From an alpha proteobacterium BAL199 (GTDB lineage: Bacteria; Pseudomonadota; Alphaproteobacteria; Thalassobaculales; Thalassobaculaceae), in NCBI GenBank assembly GCA_000171835.1, contig ABHC01000013.1, forward strand, positions 104,340 to 168,339: 64,000 nucleotides of DNA. Direction: 5' to 3'. The position numbers and the translations under genes are program-made. Position 1 is the stretch's first letter; each line of letters begins with the position of its first letter. This document shows, piece by piece, positions 61,991-64,000 of the stretch. Below the pieces are notes generated by a model, which did not search any database, was not told where the DNA came from, and saw nothing but the letters and a program-made list of their open reading frames with translations.

Positions 61991-63420
61991 GGGATGTCCC
62001 TCGCCGTGTTGAAATTTGCTCGGCAGGCGCTGTTGGTTGACGATGCTATGCGGCGACCGCCTGCTGTTCAAGGTCGTGGTTGATCGCGTTCCTGTCCTGG
62101 TGGGCCGCCAGGGCTCGGCGCAGGCTCGGGAGTTGCTTGTGGGCCTTGAGGCGGCGGAAACCCTTGGCGGCCTCGAGCATGGCAGCGGCGGTCCAGCGCA
62201 GCGCCATGGCCGCGTCCTGCCAGCGTTTGACGTTGCGGCAGACCCGGCGGACGGTTCCGTTCATGTTCTCGATGATGTTGGTGCAGGCGAGCGACCGGCG
62301 TAGTTCGACTGGCAGACCGAGGCGGGTGACGGTGAGGATCTCGTCGAGGCCCTCCAGGATGCTGGCCGACACGCCCGGGGCGTCGCGCTCCAGGCGACGG
62401 GCGAGGTTGCGGATCAGCTTCTCGGCCTTGTCGGCGTCGTCCAGTTCCCAGGCCTGACGCAGCGCCTTGCGGACGCCGGCCTGCAAGGACTTGGGCAGGC
62501 GCTCTGCGATGTTGCGGGCCTTGTGGACCTGGCAGCGCTGGATCGGGGTGTCGCGGCCGAAGGTGTTGCGAATCGCCTTCGACAGCGCCTTGGCGCCGTC
62601 GATGATGAACAGTCGGCAGACCGCGGGATCGAGGCCGCGGCCGACCAGGTTGTCGAGCAGCGCCTGGGCCACGGCGGCGTTCTCGCTGGCCCCCTCGATC
62701 ACGCCGAGCGGATGCTTGTCGCCGATGCCGTCGATGCCGACGGCGGCCAGCAGCATCAGGTCTTCCTCGATGTGGATGCCGTCGATCTGGATCGCCAGCA
62801 GGTCCAGGGCGGACAAGTCGGCGGCCATCCATTCCTTCATGCGTTCCGCCGACAGCGCCACGAACCGCCGCGACACCGCCGACTTCGACACTCCCGACCC
62901 GGGGGCCGCCGGGATGTCGCCGCCCGGCAGGCGGACGGCGCGGCCGAACTTGCGGGTCGAGACGTTGATCAGCATCAGGTTCAGCGCCCACTTGCCGAGC
63001 AGGTCTTCCGACTGCGCCGCCTCCCAGCTCGGCAGCGCCAGCTCGCCGCCGTCGCGAGCACGAACGCGAGGACGATCGATCTCGACCTTGCCGCCGTGGA
63101 AGCCGACCTTCCCCTTGGTCTTGCCCCAGCGATACCCGTCTCGCCCAGCAGCCCGGCCGTAGCGCGGGCCGCACAGCTCGGCCGCCTCCTCATCCATCAT
63201 CGTCGCCAAAGTCGCCGGGCCCGCCGTCAGGCAGAAACGATCGAAGCTGGCTCCGACTTCCTGCCAAGCCTCATCGACGATTGCCGCCGGCACCACGCCG
63301 GCAGATCTGGTAGCTTTCTTCATGGCGTTGCTCTCCTTCGCGGATTCGACACCCCGAGCCTAATGGCTCAAGGCGGGCAACGCCTGCTCCCCTATTTCAA
63401 CATCGACCGGGACATACCCA
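61991..63420 (-). mobile_element. IS256-family insertion sequence (~1.43 kb) with 8-bp TSD TCTCTCGG
   Basis: Terminal IRs GGGATGTCCC...GTGTTGAAAT / ATTTCAACAT...GGGACAT. Direct repeat TCTCTCGG at 61983-61990 and 63421-63428. Inserted 9 bp downstream of the stop of an IS3-family transposase. Confidence 0.7.
62046..63323 (-). CDS. IS256-family (Mutator-like) transposase
   Basis: 425 aa; typical IS256 transposase sequence. Confidence 0.85.
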   Translation of the reverse strand: MKKATRSAGVVPAAIVDEAWQEVGASFDRFCLTAGPATLATMMDEEAAELCGPRYGRAAGRDGYRWGKTKGKVGFHGGKVEIDRPRVRARDGGELALPSWEAAQSEDLLGKWALNLMLINVSTRKFGRAVRLPGGDIPAAPGSGVSKSAVSRRFVALSAERMKEWMAADLSALDLLAIQIDGIHIEEDLMLLAAVGIDGIGDKHPLGVIEGASENAAVAQALLDNLVGRGLDPAVCRLFIIDGAKALSKAIRNTFGRDTPIQRCQVHKARNIAERLPKSLQAGVRKALRQAWELDDADKAEKLIRNLARRLERDAPGVSASILEGLDEILTVTRLGLPVELRRSLACTNIIENMNGTVRRVCRNVKRWQDAAMALRWTAAAMLEAAKGFRRLKAHKQLPSLRRALAAHQDRNAINHDLEQQAVAA

Positions 63421-63436
63421 TCTCTCGGTCGGCATA

Positions 63437-64000
63437 CTAGTTTGCTTCTGCCTCGGCGGGCGGGATGTGCCCGATGGGGCCGAACAGGCGGTGGTTGTTG
63501 AACCAGTCGACCCAGCGCAGGGTCGCCATTTCGACGGCCGACACGCTCGGCCATGACCGCTGTTTCCAGATCACCTCAGCCTTGTAAAGGCCGTTGATCG
63601 TCTCGGCCAAGGCGTTGTCGTAACTGTCACCGACGCTACCGACCGAGGGTACGAGGTTGGCCTCTGCCAGGCGCTGGGTGTAGTTCATGGCAAGATATTG
63701 GGTTCCCCTGTCGCTATGGTGGATCAGGTTGTCCTCGGGGCCGGGGCTGCGGGCATGGATCGCCTGCTCCAGGGCATCGAGCACGAAGCCTGCCGTTGCG
63801 CTCGTGCTGACCTTCCAGCCCACGATGCGCCGGGCATAGGCGTCGATCACGAAGGCAACGTAGACAAACCCGGTCCAGGTATGGACATAGGTTAATTTGA
63901 CCACCCAAAGAGCATTGGGTCGGCTGACGCGGAAAGCGGTGGCCGGGATCGTTCGGACAGAGTTCGGCGTCGGATAAGTGGATCGCCTGCCGGTTCCGTC
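63437..64000 (-). CDS. IS3-family transposase OrfB (integrase/DDE core), partial; continues beyond window end
   Basis: ...RPNALWVVKLTYVHTWTGFVYVAFVIDAYARRIVGW...HSDRGTQY...DNALAE... The frame stays open upstream of the track start to nt 64000. Confidence 0.8.
   Translation of the reverse strand, partial: DGTGRRSTYPTPNSVRTIPATAFRVSRPNALWVVKLTYVHTWTGFVYVAFVIDAYARRIVGWKVSTSATAGFVLDALEQAIHARSPGPEDNLIHHSDRGTQYLAMNYTQRLAEANLVPSVGSVGDSYDNALAETINGLYKAEVIWKQRSWPSVSAVEMATLRWVDWFNNHRLFGPIGHIPPAEAEAN

Noticed and set aside
1-64000. tRNA, rRNA or other structured RNA genes
   Set aside because: No cloverleaf-compatible or rRNA-like segment was recognised by eye. This cannot be excluded without tRNAscan/Infernal.

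Overview
High-GC (~70% GC) window dominated by one ~49-kb plus-strand operon (965-49655) encoding a hybrid PKS/NRPS assembly line for a lipopeptide with a β-amino fatty acid. Gene order is type II thioesterase, Sfp-type PPTase, FAAL-ACP-KS-AT-KR-ACP, then a giant 8056-aa protein (KS-AT-cMT-ACP-aminotransferase followed by seven C domains, four intact A domains and six PCPs), then two further NRPS proteins carrying two epimerase domains, an MT-interrupted A domain and a terminal TE. The logic resembles iturin/mycosubtilin, puwainaphycin and McyE, but in a high-GC Gram-negative context with several unusual architectural features. These include a decayed A domain, an A-less C-PCP module, a C/N-truncated-C junction between proteins, a PRMT-like MT inside an A domain, and a 90-bp AT-rich rare-codon patch inside a C domain. 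Downstream lie a secreted hypothetical protein, an unannotated 55-aa two-TM peptide translationally coupled to a SyrD-like cyclic-peptide ABC exporter, and an SPFH/band-7 protein. The last ~10 kb is a graveyard of five IS families (IS5, IS21, IS630, IS256, IS3). Some are nested, and they disrupt a molybdopterin hydroxylase gene and a dhaL-like gene; an orphan TpsB/ShlB-family outer-membrane transporter sits among them. No rRNA, tRNA or CRISPR was recognised. The long minus-strand ORFs across the NRPS region are high-GC artefacts.
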